NCBI GenBank assembly: GCA_033764315.1 | Contig: JANRJA010000234.1 | Span: 1 to 42,163 of the forward strand | DNA from: Oculatellaceae cyanobacterium bins.114 | Lineage (GTDB): Bacteria; Cyanobacteriota; Cyanobacteriia; Elainellales; Elainellaceae | Direction of reading: 5' to 3' | DNA length: 42,163 nt | Shown here: one piece after another, positions 19,088 to 33,449 of the stretch | Layout: the number at the start of each line of letters is the position of its first letter | How positions within the stretch are numbered: position 1 is the first letter of the stretch | Translations under genes and position numbers: made by a program | Notes under the pieces: model-generated | Told to the model about the DNA's origin: nothing | The model's database searches: none | What the model saw: only the letters and a program-made list of their open reading frames with translations

Positions 19088-22000
19088 TTAAACCTCGGTG
19101 AGAGTCGCGATCGCTTCTAGTTGAAAGTGTTCAACCAGAGAGAGTAGGTTTTGAATTAACCTTTGCTCGTGTGGAGGAATTTGGGTGATCAGGTGGCGGA
19201 TCTTGCTATCGTTGAGATCGAGGGCTGCCTCGTGCACTTGAGCGATCCACTGAGCGGGCATCACGTGCAGGTCTTGCAAGGTTAACGGCTGTTGTAGTGA
19301 CGTTGCAGACGGTTGCACCGCTTGGTTAGCATAACGGTACTGCACCCCTAGCTGGTGAGCGATCGCCTCAAACAGATCCTTTTCAGTAAAGGGTTTTGTA
19401 AGATAGTCATCACACCCTGCCTCTAAACTGACAATGCGATCGGTCTCAAAGGCATAGGCAGTCAAGGCAATGATGGAGGTGGGCGAGTGGGACTCATCAT
19501 CCCCTCTCCCGCGCTCCTGTTCTCGAATGTGGCGAGTGACCTCATAGCCATCCATCAGGGGCATCTGAATATCCATCAAGATCAAATGGGGATGCCAGGT
19601 TTGCCATTGGGCGATCGCTTCCAGGCCCGTCTCAGCCGTTCTGGTCTCAAACCCGATTGGCTCTAGCAGGGTCACGAGCAGTTGCCGATTTTCAGGGGAG
19701 TCTTCAGCAACCAAAATGCGATAGGTGGGTTGCCCTGACTCCAGCCCGATCACGAGACGAACCGCTTCGGGTTCCAACAGATCCATCGCTTGGGGTTGAT
19801 GTAAAACGACTTGATAGGTAAAGGTTGAGCCGTGACCAACTGTGCTTTGAACGGTAATGTCACCTCCCATCAATCGGGCAAACTGGCGGCTAATCGATAG
19901 ACCCAATCCAGCACCTGTGACATGGCGACCTTGCTCAGTTTGCGTAAAGGCTTCAAACACCGACTCCCAATCGTGGCGATCGATCCCACATCCTGTGTCT
20001 TCGACCACAAAGGAGAACCTGTCTGCCTGACAGGAGCTTTGAGCCGTGGGATAGCAACTACAACCGGGTTTGGTTGGGTCAGTGACTGCCGCACTGACCC
20101 GCACAGCAACGCTGCCCTGGGTCGTAAACTTGATCGCATTGCTGATCAAATTAATGAGAATTTGTCGTACTTTGGCTTCGTCAGCACACACATACTGAGG
20201 CACGTTCAGATCTGCAATAAAAGACAGGGTCAGCCCTTTTTGAGCCGCCTTGAGCGCAAACAGGTCTTGCAGCGATCGCAACAGTCGGTGCAGATTAAAA
20301 TGCCGCTCTGTCAACACGAGTCGTCCTGCCTCAATTCTAGATATCTCTAGCACGTCATTGATCAGGGTCAGTAAATGTTCGCCACTGCGATTAATAATGC
20401 CAAGCGGTTCCTGAAACTCAATTGGGATCTGAGGATTGCGGTTCATCAACTGGCTAAACCCAATAATGGCATTGAGCGGAGTTCGCAGTTCGTGGCTCAT
20501 TTTGGCGAGAAACTGGCTCTTAGCCCGATTGGCGATCGCGGCTTGTTCGGCAACTTGTTCTAATGCAATTTGAGAAAACTCCAGCAGAGCCAGCATTAAG
20601 GTATTCCGCATCATTCGGGCCGCTTCAATTTCTGCCGATTGCCAGGGCAGCGACGTTTCTTGCACAGTTTCCTTCCAGATTGCAAAGGACTTGCGGGGAC
20701 ACAGATGTAGTTTTCCCAGGTCATCAACGGTCATAGCATCTTGAGGATTGCCCGCCCAATTTACCGTTTGAAATTGCTCTGGTCGAAACCAGATCAGGTG
20801 ATAAGACTTTTGATGCAACACAATAGATATCGCCAAGATGCCACTCGCAATCTGTTTAAAGGCTCTGGCAGCGGGATAAAGTCGGGCAAGGCAATCGGTC
20901 AAATAGATCTCAGGTTGATTGAGTTGGGGCAACCAGGCCAAGAGAGACTGAACCTCTGGCAAAGATGGAGTTTGACCGATCAGCGTCATAGTTTGATCAA
21001 GCGCGATCGCCACCCCATCGGCATGAACCAGACTGAGCAACTCAGTCGCGTGGCGAGTTAATAGGGGTTGAATGAAATTTGGCTCTTGTAACAGAGCTTG
21101 TTGAAGTTGATCTCGAATGGTTTTGACCTGAGTTCGGTAGCTGTCTAATTCTCGATCTTGTTGATGGATCAGCTCGATAGAGGCAAATTGCCCTAAAAAT
21201 GCACAGGTTTGGCGCGTTTCATAGTCTACCTGTTTGGGGCTGTAGTGATGGCAGGCAATCAGACCCCACAACTGTCGATCTGCTATTAATGAAATGGTCA
21301 GCGTCCCGGCAACCCCCATATTCTGCAAGTACTCAATGTGATAGGGTGACACGCCGCGCAAGATGCAGTCACTCAGGTCTAAGGGTTGGTCAATCGCACA
21401 ATCCTGCGGGGCAATGAGCTGAGCGGGACTGTGATTGACATCTGGAATTTGACGCACCCAACTGCGAAGAAATAATTTGCGGGCAGGGGCAGGAATATCA
21501 ATTGAGGGAAAATGGAGTCCCAGATAACTCTCTAGATCAGGTTCTTTTGCTTCAGCAATGACAACCCCATGATCGTCTCTCTCAAAGCGATAGACCATAA
21601 CGCGATCGAACCCTGTAATCGCTCTCACTTGCTGGGTCAGTGTCTGAGCTAAATCGGCTAAACTGCTTGCATTTCGGAGGCTCAAAATCGTAGCATGCAG
21701 CCGATGATAAAACTGAATAGAGTGAATTTTCTCGGTTAAACGCTGAGGTTCCAGTACCAAAATCAGGGCGTTAGTGGTTCGGTGTAGGCTGCCTCTAAAG
21801 GTTGTTGTCTGTGTTTTTAACTCAAATGGATTGCACAATTCCAGGTTGTCTTGACGGAGACAATTTGCAATCTGTTTAACCTGAGTGCGAGAAAACAGTT
21901 TCTGCAAGGGTTTCCCTAAGACATCGGCTGGGGGAACACCCCAAAATTGCGCTACATTCTCACTCATTTGCAAGATTTTGAGGTGAGGTTCTTGCAACAC

Positions 22001-22171
22001 CAATAGCACTCCATAGGGCTGGATATAACCAGGAGCATACACTGACTCTTCGCTACAGTCTTCCAATGTGGCTAGCGTTGAAAGGTCGAATTCAGAAGGT
22101 TTAGTGGTGGCGATCGAAGGTTCCATGAGTGCGATGGAGTAAGAGGACGTGGGTTGAAGAACTGTATTCAA
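19088..22171 (-). CDS. Bacteriophytochrome-type hybrid histidine kinase (PAS-GAF-PHY-HK-REC)
   Basis: [50 protein letters not shown] tongue [18 protein letters not shown]-terminal REC. Confidence 0.92.
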   Translation of the reverse strand: MNTVLQPTSSYSIALMEPSIATTKPSEFDLSTLATLEDCSEESVYAPGYIQPYGVLLVLQEPHLKILQMSENVAQFWGVPPADVLGKPLQKLFSRTQVKQIANCLRQDNLELCNPFELKTQTTTFRGSLHRTTNALILVLEPQRLTEKIHSIQFYHRLHATILSLRNASSLADLAQTLTQQVRAITGFDRVMVYRFERDDHGVVIAEAKEPDLESYLGLHFPSIDIPAPARKLFLRSWVRQIPDVNHSPAQLIAPQDCAIDQPLDLSDCILRGVSPYHIEYLQNMGVAGTLTISLIADRQLWGLIACHHYSPKQVDYETRQTCAFLGQFASIELIHQQDRELDSYRTQVKTIRDQLQQALLQEPNFIQPLLTRHATELLSLVHADGVAIALDQTMTLIGQTPSLPEVQSLLAWLPQLNQPEIYLTDCLARLYPAARAFKQIASGILAISIVLHQKSYHLIWFRPEQFQTVNWAGNPQDAMTVDDLGKLHLCPRKSFAIWKETVQETSLPWQSAEIEAARMMRNTLMLALLEFSQIALEQVAEQAAIANRAKSQFLAKMSHELRTPLNAIIGFSQLMNRNPQIPIEFQEPLGIINRSGEHLLTLINDVLEISRIEAGRLVLTERHFNLHRLLRSLQDLFALKAAQKGLTLSFIADLNVPQYVCADEAKVRQILINLISNAIKFTTQGSVAVRVSAAVTDPTKPGCSCYPTAQSSCQADRFSFVVEDTGCGIDRHDWESVFEAFTQTEQGRHVTGAGLGLSISRQFARLMGGDITVQSTVGHGSTFTYQVVLHQPQAMDLLEPEAVRLVIGLESGQPTYRILVAEDSPENRQLLVTLLEPIGFETRTAETGLEAIAQWQTWHPHLILMDIQMPLMDGYEVTRHIREQERGRGDDESHSPTSIIALTAYAFETDRIVSLEAGCDDYLTKPFTEKDLFEAIAHQLGVQYRYANQAVQPSATSLQQPLTLQDLHVMPAQWIAQVHEAALDLNDSKIRHLITQIPPHEQRLIQNLLSLVEHFQLEAIATLTEV

Positions 22172-22177
22172 TAAAGC

Positions 22178-27241
<5,064 letters not shown>

Positions 27242-27255
27242 ACCTATCCCGCCTC

Positions 27256-27645
27256 CTAAGCAGGTAACCGTTGTAAATTCTGACTGATGAAGGTTTGTGA
27301 TGCTTCGGGGGCGATGGCCTGCCATTGAGGGTTGATGGCTTTTTTGTCTTGCCAGACAAAGGTGACCCGACTGAAATCAGTTGGGTTGAGCGTGCGATCG
27401 GCAGACGAGTATTGCTCAATCCAAACTAGGTTGTCAGGATCAAGCTGAAACTCTTGAACAACCTGGTTAACGAGCGTTTCAACAATGAAGGGGTTAAACC
27501 AACCGATCTCAAATGCCATATCGGTAATGATCACCACTTGCTGCTCTGCTTGTGGTTGAAAAACACAAAGATGACATTGCAGGTGCCAAACGTTAGATCC
27601 TTGACCAGAGATTTGACAGTGATAGATTTGGTCGATGGTCTTCAT
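27256..27645 (-). CDS. Hypothetical protein (~129 aa)
   Basis: ORF in operon position, 14 bp from next start; globular-looking QEFQLDPDNLVWIEQY..FSRVTFVW..NPQW. Confidence 0.75.
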   Translation of the reverse strand: MKTIDQIYHCQISGQGSNVWHLQCHLCVFQPQAEQQVVIITDMAFEIGWFNPFIVETLVNQVVQEFQLDPDNLVWIEQYSSADRTLNPTDFSRVTFVWQDKKAINPQWQAIAPEASQTFISQNLQRLPA

Positions 27646-27717
27646 GATGGTTTCTGGACAAAGACAGGAGCAGGGGGGCAATGAAAGTCAAAAAATATGG
27701 CATCACTCGCACAGGTT

Positions 27718-27906
27718 TTAGACCGTAACCAGCGATCGCCTGAAGCTCAACGGCACAAACTGCTGTCTTAGGGCAGACGAAACCAGGTTTAAGCTGGGTT
27801 GTTCAAATAAGGGCATTTCTTGCCAGCAACTCCGGCAAAACCAGTAGACTTGATGGTGCCGAACATGTTGCAGCATTTGATTAGAACAACAGGGGCAATT
27901 TGTCAT
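27718..27906 (-). CDS. Small Zn-ribbon-like protein (62 aa)
   Basis: MTNCPCCS..ML.HVR...YWFCRSCWQEMP (CxCC...CxxC); GAGG upstream of ATG 27906. Confidence 0.8.
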   Translation of the reverse strand: MTNCPCCSNQMLQHVRHHQVYWFCRSCWQEMPLFEQPSLNLVSSALRQQFVPLSFRRSLVTV

Positions 27907-28013
27907 AAAAACCTCGTTTCTTAAAAAGACAGAGTTGATCAAGACAGAGTTGAAGACAGACAAACCCTGAACCTGCCGTAAAAAGCTTGGCAGGCTGAAT
28001 GACCAACAGTTCG

Positions 28014-28048
28014 ACATTAATCAGAGAAAATGGAGATTTGGTAAAGAT
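28014..28048 (-). promoter_or_regulatory. Putative promoter: ATCTTTACCAAATC-N15-TAATGT
   Basis: 14-bp motif at 28035-28048 identical to 28990-29003, with a TAN3T hexamer at the same spacing. Confidence 0.55.
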
Positions 28049-28209
28049 GAACTGGACTGTTAAGGAACTGTCTTAAATTGAAATATTTGTCAAAAAAGTA
28101 ACTACTTTAAAGAAATGTATCAATGTCGCAACACTATCAAGTTGCTCTTAAGCATTACAAAAATGGCTTTTATTTAAAATTTAAGCGTCTCAATCTCATC
28201 GTCTCAATC

Positions 28210-28635
28210 TCATGACGAGTGGCTATTGTCATCGATCCACTGAGGCTCTTCATCCCAGTTGAGCAAGGTGGCAATTTGTTGAGCGAGCCGGATTGGATCC
28301 GATAAATCATCAATCACCCCTGTTACCTGAAACTGTTGCAATAGCTCGATATTGAGCCATTTCATGCCAGCCGCCAATAACACAATTGGAATCTCTTGAG
28401 TCACAGGTTGGTCGCGCAAGTTTTTCAGGAAAGTAAAAAAATTCATGCCTGAAGTTGAGAGATCAAACACGATCGCATCGGGTTGATCTTGGGCAGCATA
28501 CTCTAACCCCTCTAAAGGAGAACTGGCATTTAAGACCTGCCATCCTCCCAGGTGGCTCAGACAGGCTTGCATCACTTCCTGACCATTGGGTTCACTATTA
28601 ATTAATAAAATTGTTTTGGTGATCATTGCCATCAC
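28210..28635 (-). CDS. Atypical (pseudo) receiver-domain protein
   Basis: REC fold similar to 29203-29613 (V.ACL..L.GW..L.A.S..EGL) but acidic pocket is INSE and the conserved Lys-Pro is replaced. Confidence 0.85.
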   Translation of the reverse strand: MMAMITKTILLINSEPNGQEVMQACLSHLGGWQVLNASSPLEGLEYAAQDQPDAIVFDLSTSGMNFFTFLKNLRDQPVTQEIPIVLLAAGMKWLNIELLQQFQVTGVIDDLSDPIRLAQQIATLLNWDEEPQWIDDNSHSS

Positions 28636-28968
28636 CTATAAATTCCTCATAATTATGATTTGATTATGATGTGTCACTCAATGCAGCTATTCTCAATCTC
28701 AGAGCGGGTCTATTAATAGAAGGGCTTGATCTCCCTAGACTTCGCTTTAAATAGGGGACTTCAGCCTTTTGTTTGGGCTTCCTCCCGTTGACAAGGAGGA
28801 CAGGTGGGAGCAAGTAATTGTAAACGAAGGTTTACGATTGACTTGATCCAGTGGCTCTTATGCAATTACTTGAATCAATTACTTGAATCATGACTCTTAA
28901 TATGGATGGGCTGAGATCACGGATGAGATGAGACGCTCTCACACCCGATTTGGAAAGGCTGTATCCGT

Positions 28969-29003
28969 AGGCTAAACAGTAAAGATGTGGATTTGGTAAA
29001 GAT
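28969..29003 (-). promoter_or_regulatory. Putative promoter: ATCTTTACCAAATC-N15-TAGCCT
   Basis: Second exact copy of the motif; an extra ATCTTTAC half-site lies at 28979-28986. Confidence 0.55.
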
Positions 29004-29047
29004 TGCAATTTTTTAGGTGTAAATTTTTTGTGAATATAAAATTCTGA

Positions 29048-29145
29048 TACCCATTTGAATTGGCTTCGCTGCACATGATTCCGTAAGGGCGTTTCGCGAA
29101 ACGCCCCTACCCAGTGATCTGTCACAATCAAAAATTAAATTGGTA
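29048..29145. mobile_element. MITE-like element (TACC.ATT ends, TGA duplication) carrying a GTAG-type REP hairpin
   Basis: TGA-TACCCATTTGAATT...AATTAAATTGGTA-TGA; internal GTAAGGGCGTTTCGCGAAACGCCCCTAC. Confidence 0.75.
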
Positions 29146-29202
29146 TGAGATGCTGCCAGGGTGGGTTTAGTGTGGCACTGAAAAACTTAAATGGGCTGCA
29201 AT

Positions 29203-29613
29203 TCACAACAGATCACCTTTCATATCCGCAGGCGACTCAGCCCAACCCAAGATCTCGGCGATCTCGGCGATTAACGTTGTGGGTTGAATGGGTTTAGAAA
29301 TGATGCCAGTGACTCCCATCTGGGCAAATTTGGCGCGATCGCTGGGCAAGACCTTAGCCGTTAGCAAAATCACTGGAATCGTTTGAGTCACAGCATTCGC
29401 CTGAAGCCGTTCATAAACGGCGACCCCATCCATTCCGGGCATCGACACATCCAACAAAATGGCATTCACCTGTTCGGTTTGCAAAATCTGCAAGCCCTCT
29501 TCTCCAGAGGCAGCCGCGAGGGTTTCCCAGCCTGCCAGGTCTTCTAAACAAGCCTGTACCAGTTCCCGGAGCCGTTCCTCATCATCTACTACAAGAATTT
29601 TTCTGTTTGTCAT
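29203..29613 (-). CDS. Single-domain response regulator (CheY/RcaF-like)
   Basis: ILVVDDE, ILLDVSMP, ILLTAK, ISKP; ATGA overlap with upstream kinase. Confidence 0.93.
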   Translation of the reverse strand: MTNRKILVVDDEERLRELVQACLEDLAGWETLAAASGEEGLQILQTEQVNAILLDVSMPGMDGVAVYERLQANAVTQTIPVILLTAKVLPSDRAKFAQMGVTGIISKPIQPTTLIAEIAEILGWAESPADMKGDLL

Positions 29614-32600
29614 ACCGTGCTTTGGGGTGAGGTGGGTAGGGTAAAGAAAAAAGTACTGCCTTCGCCTAAGGTGCTTTCAACCCAGATTTTGCCTCCATGT
29701 CGCTCAACAATACTGCGGCAGATGGGTAGCCCTAAGCCCGTCCCTCCTTTTTCACGAGAATCTGATGCATCGACTTGTTGAAATCGCCCAAAGATCGTTT
29801 CTAGCTTGTCAGCAGGAATGCCTCGTCCTTGATCGCTAACCTGAAATAGCACGTCATCCAGTTGACGCTCGGCCCCCAGACGAATCACTGAATGAGCCGA
29901 AGAAAACTTAATGGCATTGCTCAACAAGTTGGTCAGGGTTTGAATAATCGGATCTGGAGCCGCCCAAACGGTGGCATTGGTGGGGGCAACAGTCAGCCTG
30001 ATGTTTTGCTGAGTGGCGATCGCTTGCACTCCATCTACGGCTTGCTGCATCAACTCAGCCGCTCGACACACCGTCTTCTCAAGCACAGCTCGCCCAGACT
30101 CTAATCGCTCTAGATCTAAAATGTCATTAACCAGATTAACTAATCGACTCGTATCGGTCAGAGCAATCTCAATCATGCGTTGAGACTTTTCAGGTTTCTT
30201 GGCATAAATGCCTGTTTTTAGAAGTCCGAGCGACATTTGAATGGCTGTTAATGGGGTGCGCAGTTCATGGCTGACGATGCCAATAAACTCGTCTTTCATC
30301 GCTTCGACTTTTTGCCGTTCGGTAATGTCTTCCCCAATACTGATGGTGCCGATAACAGCACCATTTGAGTCTTGCAACAGGGTATTGTTCCAGGCGATGA
30401 ACCGTTCCTCACCCGATTTGGTCAAGATGAAGTCTTGATAATAGGGATAGGTATTGTGCGTCAAGATGTCTAAGAAGACAGTTTGAATGATCGCTTGACG
30501 GGACGGGGGTAAGAAGTGCTCAAACCAATTTTTGCCCACCACCTCTGATTCTAAATATCCAGTGAGGCTCAAAAAACAAGGATTAACATAGTTGACATTG
30601 CCGGAGTGATCTAGCCCGACCACAATCAACTGCACGTTGTCCAGCAGCGATCGCCAGCGTCGTTCTGCTTCTCGGAGGATGGCAGTGGCTTGTTTGCGGT
30701 CTCGCAATTCGACTTGCAACTGACTATAGAGGTGCGATTGTTGAATGGCGATCGCCATCTGGCTAGCAATTTGTTGCAGTAACTCGATCTCCCAGATTTC
30801 CCAGGTGTAGGGAGCCGCATTTTGATAGAGAGCCAACAGCCCCCAAAGAGAGTCACCGACAAAGATAGGGGCGATCGCATAAGCTCTGGCTTGAAACTGC
30901 TCTAGCAACTCAATATGACACGGTTGCAGATTGGCAGTGTAAATATCGGTGACTGTTAAGGTTTCATGGTTTTGAAAGCGACCCCCCTGAGTTTCTTGCA
31001 GATAAGTGTCTTCCCAGACCTTATCAACGTTGGGTTCGACCAGTTTGACCCACTGATCGGTGACAGACTCCACCACAAAATCACCATTCCAATCAGGGTT
31101 AAAGCGATAAACGGCTGTTCGATCGACGTCTAACAGTTGCCTTACCTCGGTGACAGCCGCATTCAAAATAACTTCAAGATCTAACGATTGGCGAATCTTT
31201 TGGGTGATATTCCAAAGTAACTGTTTTTGTCTCGTTTGCTGTTGCAACGCTACTTCAGCTTGTTTGCGCTCGTCTTCGACCCGCTTGCGATCGCTGATAT
31301 CCTCTGCTAGTCCTGCGATTCTTAACAGCTTTCCGGTTTCATCTTTGATTGAGAAGGCGCGATCGCGAATCCATCGAGTAGAACCGTCTGGGCGGAGGAT
31401 ACGATACTCCTGGTCATAATGTCCGACACTGGTTAGTTGCAGGGCGGCTGTCTCAACCCGGAGGTGATCTTCCGGATGGATGCTCTTAATCCAATTGGAA
31501 AAGTCGTGATATAAACTGTCACAGCTTTGTTGCCAAATGGTCTCATAGGCAGGGCTGACATAAATGACCTGTGGTTTTTGCCCATCTCGCATCCAAAAGA
31601 CGGCCTCGATATTTTCCGCGAGCTGACGAAATTTTGCTTCACTGTCTCGCAGCGCAGCTTCGGTCTGGCTGCGGTCGGCCTCGATCTGTTTGCGATCGTT
31701 AATATCAAATAAAATGGTGCGGCTCATCAAAAATTGACCTGCTGCATCATAGGTCGCTGTTGAATTCAAATTAACCCAACGGGTTGATCCATCTTTGTTG
31801 AGCAACTCAAACTCTAGATTATTGATCCACCCTTGTTGGAGAAACCGGGCAAAGTTTTCATGAAAAACAGCTTGGCTTTCTAGAGTTACCAGATCCACAA
31901 ATTTCTTTTGATGCACCACTTCATCACGGGTGTAACCGAGCCAATCTAGCTCTGTTTGATTAATCCGAATAATGACGCCATCAGCATTGAGCGAGTGATA
32001 ACCACACGGGGCATTGTTGTAAAGATCTTCTGTTTCTTGTTGAGCCTGTTGCAGAGCAAGCAATGAGTTCAGCAGGTGCTCGTTTGTCGTCGTGAGTTCT
32101 GCGGTGCGGTCTGTCACTCGTTGTTCTAATTCCAGGTTGAGTTGCTGCAATGCAGCTTCAGCCTGTTTGCGTTCGGTCAGTTCGGTTTGCACCTGCTCTA
32201 ACAAGGCAGATTGTTGTAAAGCGATGCTCACTTGAGACGCAATTTGTCGCAGCAACTCAATCTCTGACTCTTGCCACTCACGAGGAGCCTGACAGTGATG
32301 GGCTGCTAGCAATCCCCACAGTTTGTTGTCTTTGAGAATAGGAACGACTAGATTTGCCCGAATCTGGAATTGTGCCAAAAACTCAATGTGACAGGGGGTA
32401 ATGTCAGCGTTATAAATATCAGCTTTGGCCGTGACTAAACCTTGTTTAAACGGTTCAAGATATTGACTTCCGACACAAGGGTCATGGATATCAGATGGCA
32501 AGATAGCCAATGTTGGATCGACTACCGACTCGACCATCACGGTTCCGCCCCAACCCGGTGTAAATTGAAAAACAATCACTCGATCGATGTGAAGAAACTG

Positions 32601-33449
32601 GCGTACCTCGTTCACAGTTGTTTGCAAAATGTCGTGCAATTGCAGGGATTGACGAATGCGCTGGCTCATCTCCATCACCAGTCGCTGTTGTTCTAATTGC
32701 TGTTGCAGCAACAGTTGAGCTTGCTTGCGCTCGTCGATCGCGATTACAGTGCCTAGCATGCGTATCGGATGCCCTGCTTCGTTATAAAAAGCTTGGCCCC
32801 ATCCTTCAATCCAGTGAAGACTGCCATCTGACCACCTCACGCGAAACTCGTGATGATAAGGAACTCGATCGTGCAGAGAACGAGCGATCGCCTGATTTAA
32901 TCCGGGTCGATCATCTGCATAAAGACAGGCATCAAAGGTTTCATACCTGCCATCAAAAGAGCCGATGGACAACCCAAACAATTGCTCATGCTCTGGCGAC
33001 CAGCAAATTTGACCTGTCACGATGTCCCAGTCCCACATGCCCATTTGAGCTGCATTCAAAGCAATCTTCAAGCGACTGACACTGTCGTCTACTAATCGGT
33101 GGTTAAGGTGTTCAACGGTTTGTTTATTCTGTCGTAAGTTGTGCGTGAGCACCATAATCATGAGCGACACAAGAGCAAACAAACCTAACCGAAGCGCATC
33201 ATTGATATTTGAGATCGAGATCTGATGAGGCGGTGACATGAAGTAATAATTCAGTGCCAACATCGACAGGATAATCGTGATTAGACCCGATCTGACGCCG
33301 CCATACCAGGTGTTAATCGCGACGGTGATGTAAAAGAAAGCTCCAATCATCCAGTGAATGATAGGTTCTAGCCAAAGACTGAGGAATAGAGCGATCGCCG
33401 TTGAACCTATCGCCACTCCATCAGGCCATAATCGCCGATATCCAGTCAT
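29610..33449 (-). CDS. Cyanobacteriochrome histidine kinase: DUF4118-like TM domain, PAS, CBCR-GAF (DXCF-like), 2 PAS, CBCR-GAF (red/green type), PAS, HK
   Basis: GAF1 HDPCV...PCHIEFL; GAF2 WEDTYLQETQGGR...[31 protein letters not shown]. Confidence 0.92.
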   Translation of the reverse strand: MTGYRRLWPDGVAIGSTAIALFLSLWLEPIIHWMIGAFFYITVAINTWYGGVRSGLITIILSMLALNYYFMSPPHQISISNINDALRLGLFALVSLMIMVLTHNLRQNKQTVEHLNHRLVDDSVSRLKIALNAAQMGMWDWDIVTGQICWSPEHEQLFGLSIGSFDGRYETFDACLYADDRPGLNQAIARSLHDRVPYHHEFRVRWSDGSLHWIEGWGQAFYNEAGHPIRMLGTVIAIDERKQAQLLLQQQLEQQRLVMEMSQRIRQSLQLHDILQTTVNEVRQFLHIDRVIVFQFTPGWGGTVMVESVVDPTLAILPSDIHDPCVGSQYLEPFKQGLVTAKADIYNADITPCHIEFLAQFQIRANLVVPILKDNKLWGLLAAHHCQAPREWQESEIELLRQIASQVSIALQQSALLEQVQTELTERKQAEAALQQLNLELEQRVTDRTAELTTTNEHLLNSLLALQQAQQETEDLYNNAPCGYHSLNADGVIIRINQTELDWLGYTRDEVVHQKKFVDLVTLESQAVFHENFARFLQQGWINNLEFELLNKDGSTRWVNLNSTATYDAAGQFLMSRTILFDINDRKQIEADRSQTEAALRDSEAKFRQLAENIEAVFWMRDGQKPQVIYVSPAYETIWQQSCDSLYHDFSNWIKSIHPEDHLRVETAALQLTSVGHYDQEYRILRPDGSTRWIRDRAFSIKDETGKLLRIAGLAEDISDRKRVEDERKQAEVALQQQTRQKQLLWNITQKIRQSLDLEVILNAAVTEVRQLLDVDRTAVYRFNPDWNGDFVVESVTDQWVKLVEPNVDKVWEDTYLQETQGGRFQNHETLTVTDIYTANLQPCHIELLEQFQARAYAIAPIFVGDSLWGLLALYQNAAPYTWEIWEIELLQQIASQMAIAIQQSHLYSQLQVELRDRKQATAILREAERRWRSLLDNVQLIVVGLDHSGNVNYVNPCFLSLTGYLESEVVGKNWFEHFLPPSRQAIIQTVFLDILTHNTYPYYQDFILTKSGEERFIAWNNTLLQDSNGAVIGTISIGEDITERQKVEAMKDEFIGIVSHELRTPLTAIQMSLGLLKTGIYAKKPEKSQRMIEIALTDTSRLVNLVNDILDLERLESGRAVLEKTVCRAAELMQQAVDGVQAIATQQNIRLTVAPTNATVWAAPDPIIQTLTNLLSNAIKFSSAHSVIRLGAERQLDDVLFQVSDQGRGIPADKLETIFGRFQQVDASDSREKGGTGLGLPICRSIVERHGGKIWVESTLGEGSTFFFTLPTSPQSTV

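Noticed and set aside
27242..27325. Longer start for the CHASE kinase
   Set aside because: Overlaps the upstream gene; GTG at 27241 has an AGGAGG ribosome-binding site.
28832..29131. 99-aa ORF
   Set aside because: Starts inside a MITE and crosses the putative promoter motif; no recognisable protein features.
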